A DNA stretch of 62,037 nucleotides, counting the filler, from Choristocarpus tenellus KU-1152 (Eukaryota; Protista; Phaeophyceae), in the NCBI GenBank assembly GCA_964200185.2. It is 11 parts of 11 records of this genome, joined end to end, with 100 filler letters (N's around TTAATTAATTAA, not from the genome) between each part and the next. Parts side by side here need not be neighbours in the genome. Positions count along the whole stretch, not along the records: positions 35,865 to 39,499 come from CAXNAD020018827.1; positions 39,600 to 46,235 come from CAXNAD020007691.1; positions 46,336 to 53,934 come from CAXNAD020005897.1; 8 more parts are not named here. One strand, 5' to 3'. The first letter of the stretch is position 1. The number at the start of each line of letters is the position of its first letter. Of the stretch, positions 38,023-50,979 are shown in pieces. The notes under the pieces are model-generated. The model did no database searches. It saw only the letters and a program-made list of their open reading frames with translations, and was not told the origin of the DNA. Position numbers and translations under genes: made by a program.

Positions 38023-38626
38023 GTATATTATTATTATTATTTCTTTTCGACCAAACACAGAGTGAGATGATTTTGCCACAATGTGATTTACTTGTTGGTG
38101 GCTGCCATGACCTTGGTCTGCGATCCATTGGGTTCACACTTTTCACTGCATGGAAGACTTGGTTGATCTCTTTGTGCAAGCATATTGCATGCACAGTTGA
38201 TAAGAACCTCGCCTGTATACTTCACCAATAATAATAACTGAATCGACTGGGTGTTGGGAGTAGTGGCGGATTTCTAAGCCACGGCTCGCTTTACAATAGT
38301 ACTGAGTGCCAAGGAGTTAGGAGTTCTTAAGTTTTGTTTTCTCCTAAGTGAATAATTGAAGGTAATCTCGTCCATGGCCCTGACCAAGCAAGAAAGGGGA
38401 TGTTCCAAGGTCAGTTCTTGATCAAATTTAATATTTTTTTGTGAGAATAGCTACGGTTGTAGCTACAATTGGATTGCAAGCTCAGATCATAGTGGTATAT
38501 AGAAACGAAAGCTATTGGATCGGATTCCACAGTCATTGCAGTCTTCACACCCCTGGTCTGTGCCTGGAGCTCAGAGATATTATGGTTGTGGTGAGGTCTA
38601 AGTGGTAACTCGCCACATTGGTAGAT

Positions 38627-38884
38627 GAGTGAAAGTATCTTGAAGGGTACGAGTTTTGCCCTGTTTGTCCATATGGGGCTTGGCTTTCCTTGAGGTTTTT
38701 TATGACATTTTCCTACTCCAAAATAGGTCGGAGTAGGTAAATGTGTATGTTATGAAAATGTGTGTCCAGAACAAGGGTATATAAACTTCCTAACAAGCAT
38801 GATAGACAAAATTACATCGAAATTGCAGCATTGGGGTTTGGTCTCCAAATGGACGCGACTCTACCCTCTAAGATACTTTGGCTC
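38627..38884 (-). mobile_element. MITE family A copy, reverse orientation
   Basis: Both TIRs; perfect AGAT TSD (38623-38626 / 38885-38888). Confidence 0.92.
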
Positions 38885-39445
38885 AGATAGATCATACTGC
38901 ACATGGTTTGTCCTAACTAGGCCTAATGACAATGTTGCACATCACATCACAACTACTGCAGAGCACAAATCACAAAGGTAATAATCGCTTTGTGATCTAC
39001 CATAGAGTAAGCAGTAATAGTCTAAGCTCAAGTACCTCAATGCTTGACAATGTCAACATTACCTAAGCAAAGCCAAGACATCGTGACCTGGATCTAGTGC
39101 GACAATTTTGCACATCAAGTTCACTTGATCTCTCTCCACGACACAGTAGTATACCCTAACCCTAATTACCACCAGAAATTTCCTAAGACTACTAACACTA
39201 CCGCACAAAAGATGGAGGCCTTGGTAGCTCCTGTCTCGCTAACCTGTATCTACTTCTCCAAAATCAGCATGATTATAACCCTAACCCTACTGGTATTACT
39301 ACACCTCACAGCAAACGTCATGCACCATGAACAACTTCCCCATTCCCCAGCACCAACAGCGATGCTCCCCCAGTCAGAATACAGCGGAAGCCTCTCGCCG
39401 AAGCCCAACTAACTGCAAGTGCCGCTATGATGCGATAAGGTAAAA

Positions 39446-39499
39446 GACCCAAAGTATCTGGGAGGGGGGGGGGGTCTACACCAGGGTGTCAATTTGGAC
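39446..39499. mobile_element. Start of a MITE family C copy, cut by the contig end
   Basis: GACCCAAAGTATCT + G tract + gtctacaccagggtgtc. Confidence 0.7.
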
Positions 39500-39599
39500 N
39501 NNNNNNNNNNNNNNNNNNNNNNNNNNNNNNNNNNNNNNNNNNNTTAATTAATTAANNNNNNNNNNNNNNNNNNNNNNNNNNNNNNNNNNNNNNNNNNNN

Positions 39600-39686
39600 A
39601 AAACCACACAAAAAAAAGAAAAAAAAGTGAAAACGAAAAAAAGGGGAAAAACCGGCCCCCCCCCCCCCCCCCAGATACTTTGATCC
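39600..39686. mobile_element. End of a MITE family B copy
   Basis: aaaaaagtgaaaa..C tract..AGATACTTTGATCC, as in about 47560-47638. Confidence 0.7.
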
Positions 39687-40786
39687 TCAGTTGATTACAT
39701 GTTGAGCTACCCTGTCCACAAACAAGTGGTAGCTTGCAATACATGTGGGCAATTTAGGACAAATGATTGAAGGATAGATTTCAACAAAAGGGGTGAGTGC
39801 TCACGTGTGTCAGTCAAACATGGACATTAGCGCTTCCTGCGTTAGTGTAAAAAAAGAAAAGGATGCCAGTACAAAAAATTCTTTTTGTCATGGGGGGAAT
39901 TCTCAAAAGAACAATTCATGGTTTCAAAAAGTATAACCGGCACCGAACAAGGCATTAACGTATTGGAAATATCCTTTCACTACGATAGTAGAATTTAGAG
40001 CGAAAGGGGTGGCATGACATGGCCGCCTCGAATGTCAAATATATTTTACCAGGCCAGCCATAGATAAAATGTTCTAACACAGAAGAGTCCATGGCTGTCA
40101 CTACTTCAACATAGATGGGTTGCCGGCCGGCCCTGTACAATCAAATTTCAACATGGCCAGGACATGGGCTGGCCCTTGGTCATATGGCTGACGGTAGACA
40201 TGCCGACTACTGCGCCTGGTGAAAAACCCTCTATCTGTTGCTACACGGGAAAGCACTGGATATTTGAAACAAAAATTGTAGTGCCCCCATTACTTTCTAC
40301 TTGTAGCTGTGTATCGCCATACCTCCTCCATTCCCTTCAATCTCTCTACCTAGAGCAAACTCTGGAAGGGATCATGCAGCTCAAGGTTGTATGATTAAGG
40401 GCACCACCATAACTAGTGTTACTCACTTATGGATAGCATTATTTTTGGATTGTTGCAGTTGTGTGCCTAGAAAGTACACATGCACAAAACATAAACAGTA
40501 CTCCTTTCCATCCCAAAAGGCCAGGCCTTGGGAGATTTAAATTGATTTGCTCCACTCTGCACTAACAATATCACATAGTTCGAAGTATGTGAATAAAAAA
40601 CGATATAAATACGACTGTAAGGGTAGGGTGAATACACTAACTAGTATTCAATAATTCTATAAAAGCATACTTTGAGATATACTAAAAAAATAAACATTAA
40701 TACTTTAGGGTAGTCTGTGCATATATCGTTTCTTTGAGTGCTTTTCGAAGCACATCAATATGAAGAACAATAAGTGCAGTCCTTAC

Positions 40787-42452
40787 CGTGCACTTCATCG
40801 TCGGCATTGATCTCTTCGAGCGTAGTTTCCAAGTCCTCTGGTAAGCATTCCCGGACCTGCCAAAATGATCCATTGCACAAGTCTTGAAACAAGCAATATG
40901 AACTTGCTCTTTACTGCTGCAGGGGAGTTTCTTGGAGATGCAAAAACAAGGCCTTTCTTAAGGATAACTATGGCATATCCACCCTACCCTTCCCCCTCCT
41001 ACCTCCTCTTCTTGGCATGAAATTCACAACATTTCAGACAATGGGCAGAGTATGCTGGTCATGCTCTCTTTCACTCCTCTCCTGCAAACAAAACTCTGGC
41101 GTTCCAATCTTCATGATAGGAAAGCTCCATCATGTATTTTCTTTTTGACTGAAGCATCACAAGTCAGGATTGTCTTGTGCTAAGTAATATTTTATTGGGA
41201 ATAGTGTAAACCCATCCGAGGATATATTGGAGAGCAAAATATTGCAAAATGTAGCAAAATCTGAACCAACCAACCTGGGCGTTGCATGTAAGTATGGTGT
41301 AGGTGCTTTGCATGTTACTTATTCACTAAAGGTGTGATGGAAGAAGTGTCTGTACGAACGACAGCAAAGATATTGAATGGATTTCAGAGGCTGGACATAC
41401 AACCCCGGATACTAAGGTCGGGTAAGGAGTGTTGGGAATTATGGGAAACTATCCTGGAGTTACCGTACAAAACAAAAAAGGGTTTTGATCGATTGGGTAC
41501 GCGATCTTGAAGGCAATTACACAGAGAATAAGAATGAATGAACATAAGCCGTACCTCTGGCAAGGTCACTTCGAGAAAGGGAGGGAGGGAGGGAGAGAGA
41601 GGGAACTGCATCCTTTTGAAGGCAAGCACAACTAGATTTGTCAAATGTTCCAGTTGAGGTATAGAACATGTAACCACGACTTTGGAGTAAGGCCAAGGGG
41701 AACTGTTGATCTAAGGCCTAGAGTGCATAGTTTCGCGTACAAACTAGACGCATAGGTCAAGTTGGTGGTAAGATCTTACCTGTACCGTAGGCGATGACAA
41801 GGTTGAGGCTCTAGCCGTCTAAAGGAGTCGTTTGCCCTCAACTTCAAGTTTAACATTACACTGATTTAATGCAGCAGAGCATCGCAGTACTCGCCTAACC
41901 CTCCTTCTCGCAAATGTAGGGCTACAGGGTGACGAGGGGGTGGAAGGGGTGAAAAGTTCCCCACCTCGTATCGGATTCCGTCCTTCTTGCAAGCGCGGCT
42001 CGTCCATTCTGCATATTTCCTGGCAGCCAGGTCATTGTTTGCGAGGATACCTACGAATCTTGGTCCTACTCCATCTAGATGATCAGTGATATAGCGTCGG
42101 ACCTGTACATCATTGCAACACAGTGTTTCAATCCAGCAATGTCAAGCCCACAGATAGGGCATGGTCGCAAGTGTTACAGGAATCTTTCCCTGGAGCCAGC
42201 TTATGTCATAGAGAGAAAGATACGACTAGGAGATACTATGTAGCTCCAAGAGATATTGCTCATATTGTGGGAGGATTAAGCCCATCTCTCTCCTTAGAGA
42301 TTAAACCAACGGCGAGGCTTTTGTCGCACAACACAGACCGCAAGAGACAACACGAAGACATTTCTGACTTTCTCCCCCAACCCATCCCTTACCTCTTCTC
42401 GGAAAGGCTCTGCAATTTCCAGGACGTCTACTTTTACTGCAGACTCGGCCAT
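40787..42452 (-). CDS. MTD1: NAD-dependent methylenetetrahydrofolate dehydrogenase (yeast Mtd1-like), 5' part; exons 42452-42393, 42102-41965, 40856-40787
   Basis: MAESAVKVDVLEIAEPFREE|VRRYITDHLDGVGPRFVGILANNDLAARKYAEWTSRACKKDGIRYE|VRECLPEDLETTLEEINADDEVHG matches the Mtd1 N-domain (P.LVGfLAN.DpAA..YA.WT; N.D..V.G). Confidence 0.85.
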
Positions 42453-42622
42453 GTGGTTTACAGTTACCTCTCCAACGACTTGAGTCTCAATATGGTAGGT
42501 CTGACCTTCGTTCTTCGTTTGTGGTTCGTTGTGTTGGAGGTTGAAAATGGAGAGCCAGTGTGTCTTATTTGGACCACAAAAAACACTGAAATGATTAATT
42601 TAAATCAAACTACCTCTACAGG

Positions 42623-44033
42623 ATGGCTGACGACTACGCGTCAGACAGCTCAAGCAGCTCCGAAGGTGTGCCTGAGATTAAAGCCGATGCTCTCTCCGCA
42701 GGAACGCTGGCGGCCCTCCGGGCTCATATGGCTGAGAAGGCGCCGACAAAGGTGAGAGAAGGAAGGTCAATTTTACGTTTTCACTGATAGGGGAACTGAT
42801 CTGCCTTCCAGTGCATAGCTGTCACACCAGAGCAATATTGAAAGGTAATAGGAACGACTTGGGTGGTGACCAATTTATGTATTGATTACACTACTGTTGC
42901 ATGTCCAGGTTGCTTAAACCGTGCATTCAACATGTTTGAGACTAAACCCGCACCCGCTTGTGTCTCTCAACAACCACTTGTATTGCAGGAGGATAGTCTT
43001 GCAGAAACAGGAGAAGAGGAGTCGCTCGTCAGCGAGAACTTTGGCTTGTCCCAGTTCTGGTGCGCTGATTCTTCTTTTCGGTCTGGAAGGACCACAGGCG
43101 TGGTGGCTCTATTGGCCATATAGCACGGGTTCCTGAGCTTAAGGACGACAGACCTACTGAGAATGTTCACCGTCTCCCTTGTCTCTTGCAGATTTTGAAA
43201 GATCCACTACACCTGGGATGCTTCTGTGACCTTCTTTCCACCCTTTCCCCTACCCCCTTCCAATGGTGCTGAAGGTACGACGAAGACACGCAGCAAGCAA
43301 TGGCAAGAGAGCTCCTTCGAGCATCAGAAGGGGGAAGAATAGCTATCCTAAGTGCACCATCGGTCATGAATGGCCTCAAGGTGCAGCGAAGAGAAGAAAA
43401 AGGTCATAGTAGTAAATGTGTGGCTCGAAACTCTTCAGGTTCGAAGAGGATTATATTGCCCACAACTCCGCTCACCACTTGACAAAATTCCTTCACTCTC
43501 GGACATACAGCGTCCCACCACCCTCTCATATCACTCTTTCTACAGTTTTGCCTCAATTTCTCGATTTCCCTCCACTCCGTCGTGCGCCAGGCTTTGAATG
43601 GCCTCACTGATCCGGACAGGGTGCGCATTTTTGAGTTTGACAGGCGGTTTGGAGAGGTCTACCCTGGTTCGTTTGTGTGAGCGCTTCTCTGTCCTTCCAG
43701 TGGTTCGCATAGTACTTAGTTTGGAGTCACTGCAGTGTAAGGTCTTGGTGTCCTGACATATGAGTTGTCCGATTGAGGTGGTGGTAGCGAGGGCCTAGAG
43801 CACATACCACTCCACTAGGATTGCTGTTAGCGGGAACATCCAAGGATATTTAAGTAATTGCACAGTATCCCACCTGCTAATGTTTGCCCCCCCTTTGCAA
43901 GGTCTCATCTATTGATTGAGTTCATCCTTCTTATGTACCCCTGTGCAGGTTTTATGACTTCAATGATCCAGTAAATGTGCCGGCAGAGCTTATGGGTGGT
44001 GTCGATTACATCCTGATGGACCCTCCTTACCTG
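42623..44033 (+). CDS. EEF1AKMT1: EEF1A lysine methyltransferase 1 (N6AMT2/Efm5 family), 3' incomplete; exons 42623-42751, 42989-43059, 43275-43380, 43591-43676, 43949-44033
   Basis: LSAGTLAAL, ENFGLSQFWYDEDT, RIAILSAPSV, IFEFDRRF, FVFYDFNDP, DPPYL motifs; all phases consistent. Confidence 0.9.
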
Positions 44034-46335
44034 GTGTGCATTGTGTGTGTGTGTGTGTGTGTTGATGTGAATTAATCTGTGTAAAGATGCAAGAGAGACA
44101 GAGATATGCTTCCTTTTAAGTGAGTGCAGAGTTGAAGTCTTGTTGAAGGTTTCAAGCTGGCACCATCTTGTACATGTGACCCATATGAGGACCCACTGTT
44201 TGTTGACACTCTTAGACATTATATTTATATATTCCCTCATTCACCCCAATCAGCGAAGAGGCGCTGATGTGCTGCCCTTAGAGAGTAAATGGTTGTGCAA
44301 CATGAACGTTTTTCTCATTTTTTGGACCGCAGTAGTCAAGGTAAAATAATGAAAATTCTTGACAGACAGTTCATATCAGAATGCTGAGATTTCCTGCGTA
44401 CGACAGTAGGTAGGCAGTACACATGGACTTGGTCATTCTCATCTAACATTCGGATGCATCTGTGCAGTAGTGGTAGTACTTGGAATTGTTTTGATTTTAA
44501 ACAGGGCGATAGAATCGGAATTGGGATTGGAAGGCTTGAGATGAGGGAGGAGTCAACATTGGACTTTATGGTTAGAGTTAGGGATGGAGTCGATGCAAGG
44601 GTTATGGATAGAGATCAATGTTAGGGTTAGGGTTGAGTAGTTCGTGTTAGAGTCAGGGTTAGGTTCACCTTTCTTGGGTCGATGGTGTGGTTGATGTCAG
44701 GACTGAGATTGCGGTTGATTTTGGTTTTGTTACGTGTGCAGTCAATGCTTGCAATAAGGGTGGAGGGTGGTGGGTAGGGTTGGCAATACGGGTAAAGTGG
44801 AGTGGACAGTAGGGCTGATAGATGGGGTGTTGTTATCATACCCAGGTTTGGGTTTTGACGCTGGAGAGAGTGTTGGGGTAGGCTAAGGGACTGTGTTGAA
44901 ACTGTGGCTGGCACTACAGGTTGGGATCAGTGCTTTTCAAGGCGTCCAACATGTTCCAAGCACTTCAATGCATTGTTTGGTCACTCCAGGTTTTCGGTAG
45001 TTACAATACTGATTGTTGTGGATAACAGTTGATGGTATTGTTTGTTGCACTTGTGAAAGGGTTTGTGGGGTGCAGATGAGCACCAAAGTGCAGATCGTTT
45101 TATAAAATCTAAGACTGTGGCTTTCTATGAATAGTGGCTGAGGAACTATAAATTGGTTTTGTTCATATTTCAGAGTGGTGCAGTAGTCTCTGATGTCGTT
45201 CAGTTGTTATTATTCCATCAATACATTAGCTGTTACTGTACTTTTAGGATGACCGTAGTTGAATAGCCCTGGGAGGAAGTGCAGAAAGGACCCACGATTT
45301 TTTTGAAACTCACGTGTGTGTTTTTTATATGCCTATCTTCCACTAGCATAATAGGGCATTGTGGAAGAGGTGAATGGCACCGTGACTCAGAGTTTTGTTT
45401 TGTTTTGTTTTGAACAAATAGTTGACCACCATCTGATGCTTGAACTGGAATTTTGTTTTTTCACTCATTTGTAGTGTTGTCAATGCAAAAAGGAGAGGTG
45501 GGGGTGTCCAGAGTGGATTGTGCAACAGATCTTGAGGAATATTTGTGTAAGTGATTGCCTCTTTTGGTTTGACCTTGTTGTCCAAGGTGAGGCTGGGCAG
45601 GTAGAGGGGGTAATAGTATCGCTTGTGGTCACTCCTGAACTTGTTTTTGGTTTTTATATTATGTGAGGTTATTAGCGTATATGATGCTGCTGTTCTTAGT
45701 TCAGCTTCACTATAACTGTGACCTGCCTGCATGATGTGCATTTTGAAGTTTTTTTGTTGTTGAAGTAGGTCATTTTCTGGTTTTGCTCCACAAAGTGTAT
45801 GAACAACATTACTTACTACTTACAGCACTGTTTCGTTTTTACCCTGCAAATGACGAATACTTTAGTATGCAATTAGAGGGTTAAACACATGTTGTATACT
45901 CGTTTTTTTATTATTTTGAACTAGTTGGTGTGTGATTTATGTATATATATTTTATTGTGTGTACATAATCTCGGTGTGGTGCTACAGTAGTAGTAGGTAC
46001 TGCATTTTGTGCATCAAAATCAGGATAACAGATGTTTAGAGGAAGGTAATTTTGTTTGCACTCCTGCAACATATGATTGTAGTATTAACTATGGTTTGTT
46101 CCATTGCCACGATAACTCTTTTGCTGACCTTCACAGAACCACGAGTGCATTGGAGAATTCTTCAAGACAGCAGAATGCATTGCAAGCAAGGGGGTTCGAG
46201 TAAGAGGGGAACAGGGGGAGGTAGATGGGGAAGAGNNNNNNNNNNNNNNNNNNNNNNNNNNNNNNNNNNNNNNNNNNNNTTAATTAATTAANNNNNNNNN
46301 NNNNNNNNNNNNNNNNNNNNNNNNNNNNNNNNNNN

Positions 46336-46776
46336 CTGGTGCAGTGCCAAGCACTGCCCCTCACACAAACGTTTGCAGTCATCGTCGAGTTCGGGATCCT
46401 TTACACCACATATACCATGGAGGTACCCACCGCACTTACGGCACTTACGGCACTTGTGGATTGTGTAGAAAGGCGGACCCGGTGTATTTGAAGGCATATT
46501 GCAGAGGTTTCCCGCGGCACAAGGCATGGCTTCCACTATATTCCCAGCAACGTACTGTACTGCTGTGTAGTCATGACTCAGGAAGAAAGGCACTTTTCGC
46601 GAGAATTTGTTTCGCGCGCGCCAAACTCGAGTGAATATCTCCCCGATTTTGTACCAAGTCGCCCGAATACGAGAATTCCGGTACAAAATCCTTTTTTTTT
46701 TTAGTATGTCGAAAAAAGTGGTACAGACATGGGGGGTTGGTACATAATATTTGGTATAAAATCGGGGTAGGTACTG
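46336..46776 (-). mobile_element. 5' end of a probable pogo/Tc1-mariner element with a Cys/His-rich (PHD-like) ORF start
   Basis: Minus strand TA|CAGTACCTACCCCGATTTTATACC terminus; the motif recurs inverted near 46641; ORF MPCAAGNLC..HKCRKCRKCGGYLHGICG..KRLCEGQC. Confidence 0.5.
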
Positions 46777-47457
46777 TAACCTATAGTAGTCGTTGAATAG
46801 ATAGTGAAAAAAGGTCAATATATACATTTCAGGAAATACACAAGGACCACAAAAAGAAGAAACAAAGTTGTGTGAGAAAATGAAAAAATGAAAAATGAAA
46901 AAACACAAAACAAACGAGAAGGAACAATAGAACTCACAGAAGAAACACACCATCACCAAAACAACACAGGGAGAAGAAGAGAAGAAAAACAACCAACAAA
47001 AAGCACAAGATAAATCAGTCCCCCCTCAAAATGGCATTGAGGAGAATGAGATGATGGTGTTGTTGGTGATTTAGGTGACCTTAGTTGCTGGTTTAGTGTG
47101 ATGTACATTTGTATCATAGCTCTTCCTTGCAATGCCATATTTAGCCATGAACTGTCAGCCACACATTCATACCCCTCCTGTTATTTAGTGGCACTCATGC
47201 TCCAACCCTCAAATCCAACCCCAAACTTGTCAAGGTCGTCTTGGAGGCATGTCCACTAGTTCTTCTCCTGTCCACCTCGCTTCCGTTTTCCAACCTGTAC
47301 GAGCTCCCCGAACGTCAATAGCATCTCGATAAGTTGCTCATCCCCCATGTGAGCAACTGACCCAATAAATACGAGGCTCTGATTGCGCACCGTTTGCTCG
47401 ATACTCTCACAACTGTTCTTCATAAAAAGATTCTTTGAAGGGTAGGACATTATTATT

Positions 47458-47638
47458 GGGCCAAAGTATCTGGGGGGGGGTGAATTGTGAGGGGGCGTCC
47501 GTTCCGGTCAAAACAACTATTTTTTTTACTGACATTTCAAATCCGACACGTGCGACCAAATCACACAAAAAAAAGTGAAAATCGAAAAAGGGGTGAAAAA
47601 AACGGACGCCTACACCCCCCCCCCAGATACTTTGACCC
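47458..47638. mobile_element. MITE family B complete copy
   Basis: GGGCCAAAGTATCTGGGG...CCCCAGATACTTTGACCC; perfect TATT TSD. Confidence 0.92.
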
Positions 47639-50600
47639 TATTGGTGTTCCAGTTTGTTTTCGGAAACCTATGCAGCAGAGGAGAAATTGTGATGGTGGAG
47701 CAGAGGTTTACACTGTGAGGTTGGCGGAGTGTCCATGTCATACAAGGACATAAAACAAAACTCCAAGCATTTTCGCTTTGAATATTTGAATCTTGAGCTC
47801 AAGTGAGACAGACTCCTCATGTCCTATCATGAACCACTTGTCTGTATTTGCGGGAAAACAACTCCGAGCTTTCTTTGCGAAAACGCATACTACATAATTG
47901 AAGTCTTCGACGCCGATATAGCTGGACCGAATTAAGGACGCTGTGAGAGATAATCAATAGAAATACTTGAGAAGAAAAACAGAAGCAATCAAGAAAAGTG
48001 ATTAATGAAAGAGGTATTACTTGGTCAGTATATATATCTCAAACATGATCTACGAAAGGTAATAAAGAGGACAAAAAGGTGTAATATACTTAAGTTTTAA
48101 TTTACCGGTATTTGATTTCGTGACCCCTTCAGAAATGACAAACAATTCCATGTGGGATGTAAACTAGCCATCTTTATTCTTGTTTTCATTTATACTTGGT
48201 ATGAGTATTATCATAGGACCATTGCAAATCGCTAAGTCCTACAGAAAAGGAGAGAAAGAGAAGAAATCCATGAGCATATCTTACACAAAGAAAGGAAAGA
48301 TGTAAGAACTATCAACCGAAAATGAGAGAGGGAGAGAGAGGGAGAGAGAGGGAGATAGAGAGAGAGAGACCATTCACTACATTGTGGTGAGAGCGTATGT
48401 ATCCTCACGATCTGGTTGGTTGGGGGTTTCTTCTCCTGTTTGTAGAGGATGACATGTAGAGGATGACACACACACATCGTGTATCACGAATCTCTTTGTT
48501 CCGTCAAGCACACACTTCCTTATAGACCACCTTTCTGTTTTGGTTTGTTGCTCTTTCCTCCATCAACCAGTGTATAATCCTAGAATATGCCGACACACAT
48601 CCAACACAAGTAGATAAGGAAAGCACCAACAAAAAAAGAAAATATGGGGGAGAAAATACGTCATTGCGCATGAATCACAAAACTTGTGATTAGGGTAATA
48701 TGTATATAGAAAGTATCAATTCCTGCTTAGAAAAATGTGGGTACCCATAAAGCCGAGAATCATAGAGGGACAGTGAGGGACTACGAACCGTTTGTCATAA
48801 GGCTCCTCCTCAACACTTTGTACACGTATCAATTGTATTACATTCTCCATTTTTTTCAATAGATCTGGGAACTCTGATGTAATTGTTGAGCCCCGAGATC
48901 AAAGCGGAGAGGGTCTGTTTCTTGAGAAGGCGTTTTCAAACCTGGAAAACTCATTTCTTTCTATCTTTCTTATACCCGCTCTTCTTTTTGTTATTGAATT
49001 CTATATAATAAACGAGAACAGAATAGGAGATTAAGAGTTCAAACAAACCAAATTTTCAGGTCTCTTGTATTTAGCAATATTTATCTGGCAAATTTGAACT
49101 ATATTGATGACCAACATAGTTTCCGTCAGATATAAAAAATATATATTTATTGATATTCATCCGTTGTCTCGTATTTGAGAAATTTGGCTTTGACAAATTT
49201 TGACCCACTTCCTCTATTCTAGTACCAAAAATACTGATGAACTTGAGGGAGAGAGGTCTGAACAGTGGCCTTGACTTATATTTGACCTGGGGATGAAAGG
49301 CAAAGACCCACTATATACTACAGTAGGCCTCAACTCAACAACAGATCCCCAACAAGACACTGTGGGAGCGGAGATAAAGATGACCCTTCCGAAGGTACAA
49401 CACCGACATAACTATCTCCCCCAAGATGCTGTGCATCACTCGAGCTTCCCTACATTCCTCCAGGTAAGCGTCGCATTGGAACTCTTCGTCTTCTGTGCGA
49501 CGCCCAATCTCCTTTCACTGGATGAATCCTTATCAAGAGTCTGATGTCGTGTAAGGTGTGGTTCAAATCCAATTATATAAACATCTTGTGCCACACCACA
49601 GGCCCTAGCGAATTGGAAGTATGCGTCCAAGCACGGCGCAGTTCCGATTGTTGATGGAAAGCCAGAGCTGCCCAAGGAGAGACTTCATCACGTTGCCAAG
49701 GTACGCGTCCAAAGCAGGCTTTCTTGGAGAATGATATGCTTGTCGTTCAGAGCGCAAACTTCCTGCCAACGGAGAGTGGGTCTGCCTTGTCTGAGTTCAT
49801 GTGTGGAACAGACAGCAAGTGCAACAGGGAGATGTGTCGGGGATATTTACCTTACTCGTGCACAACAATAGTGGCGCTCTCCCCTGATGACGTGTTGGGG
49901 GTTATCAACCTGAAATATGCTCGGTTGTGACGATCTCAATGACAAGTTACGTCAACATAACTTTTCCTCATGAACAGACCCCGCAGAAGACAAGAAACTC
50001 CGTGCAATCTTTCCCATTCACCCATTACAGCTAAGCAGGATAAGCCGTGGTGGAGGGGACAGAGAAATCTCGACAGGGGAAAATCCTGCGTTGGACGAAG
50101 GTTAGTCTGTATGACGCTCTATGCATTTCTCCACACTAATCTCTTATTACCACGAACTCCACACTCCCACCTCCCTCCCCACAAGTACTACCTCAAAATA
50201 TGAAATTTGGGAATAGGAGTTGGACTCTGATTAGAACCAAGACCCCAACATGTTGACGTTTTTGATACCACATCGCAGCTCGATCTCGATAGTATCATAT
50301 CTACAGTATACCGTTAACTATGTTGGCTGCCTACTGTATATCTCTCAATCTCAGGCTGTAAATGCCTTCTATAGTGTAGCGAATGTACACCGCTGTAGGT
50401 TTTTCTCTTTCTGTAATGTACAGTGTGGTGTACGATAGATACTTTGTGTGGTAATTGGCCTTCACCAGGAAGGTTTCGTTGGAAGAAAATCGACGTCGTT
50501 GGTGTCTTCGAGCCCTTAAGGAATTGGATGACATTCCACCCCCATATTTACTGCAAGGAAGAGTGATGAACAGTTGACCTCAATTGATCTTCATGACCAA

Positions 50601-50979
50601 GGAAGTTGATCGGCTTAACGTAGTGATGAAATGTGATACGGGGAGGTTGCGCGGCGGTGAAGGCTGTACTTGGAATGGCGCACGTCCCACCGTTGCGTTG
50701 CGTAAGGTTCGCGTATTGTGTGTAGCAGCAGTGTTGGTATCCCCCTGTCCCCCATTCTCACCCTTCTATCCCAAGACTTGTCATCATGTGATTTGGACAA
50801 TTCCGTGAGATGACCTAGATACGGAGCAAATGTAGAAGTGTGCACGCAAGCTGGGTGCAACATCTGCTTGGCCTTCACAGTTGGGTTCAAGGAAGGAAAA
50901 TGATATACCCATCCTTACTACTTCACCCATCCTCTATCCCCCTCCCCTCCCGTCTTTTATATTACATTATGGGAAGCAG

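Noticed and set aside
37480-39440. Possible exons in contig 7
   Set aside because: Several AG..GT open segments, but no consistent phase or recognisable protein.
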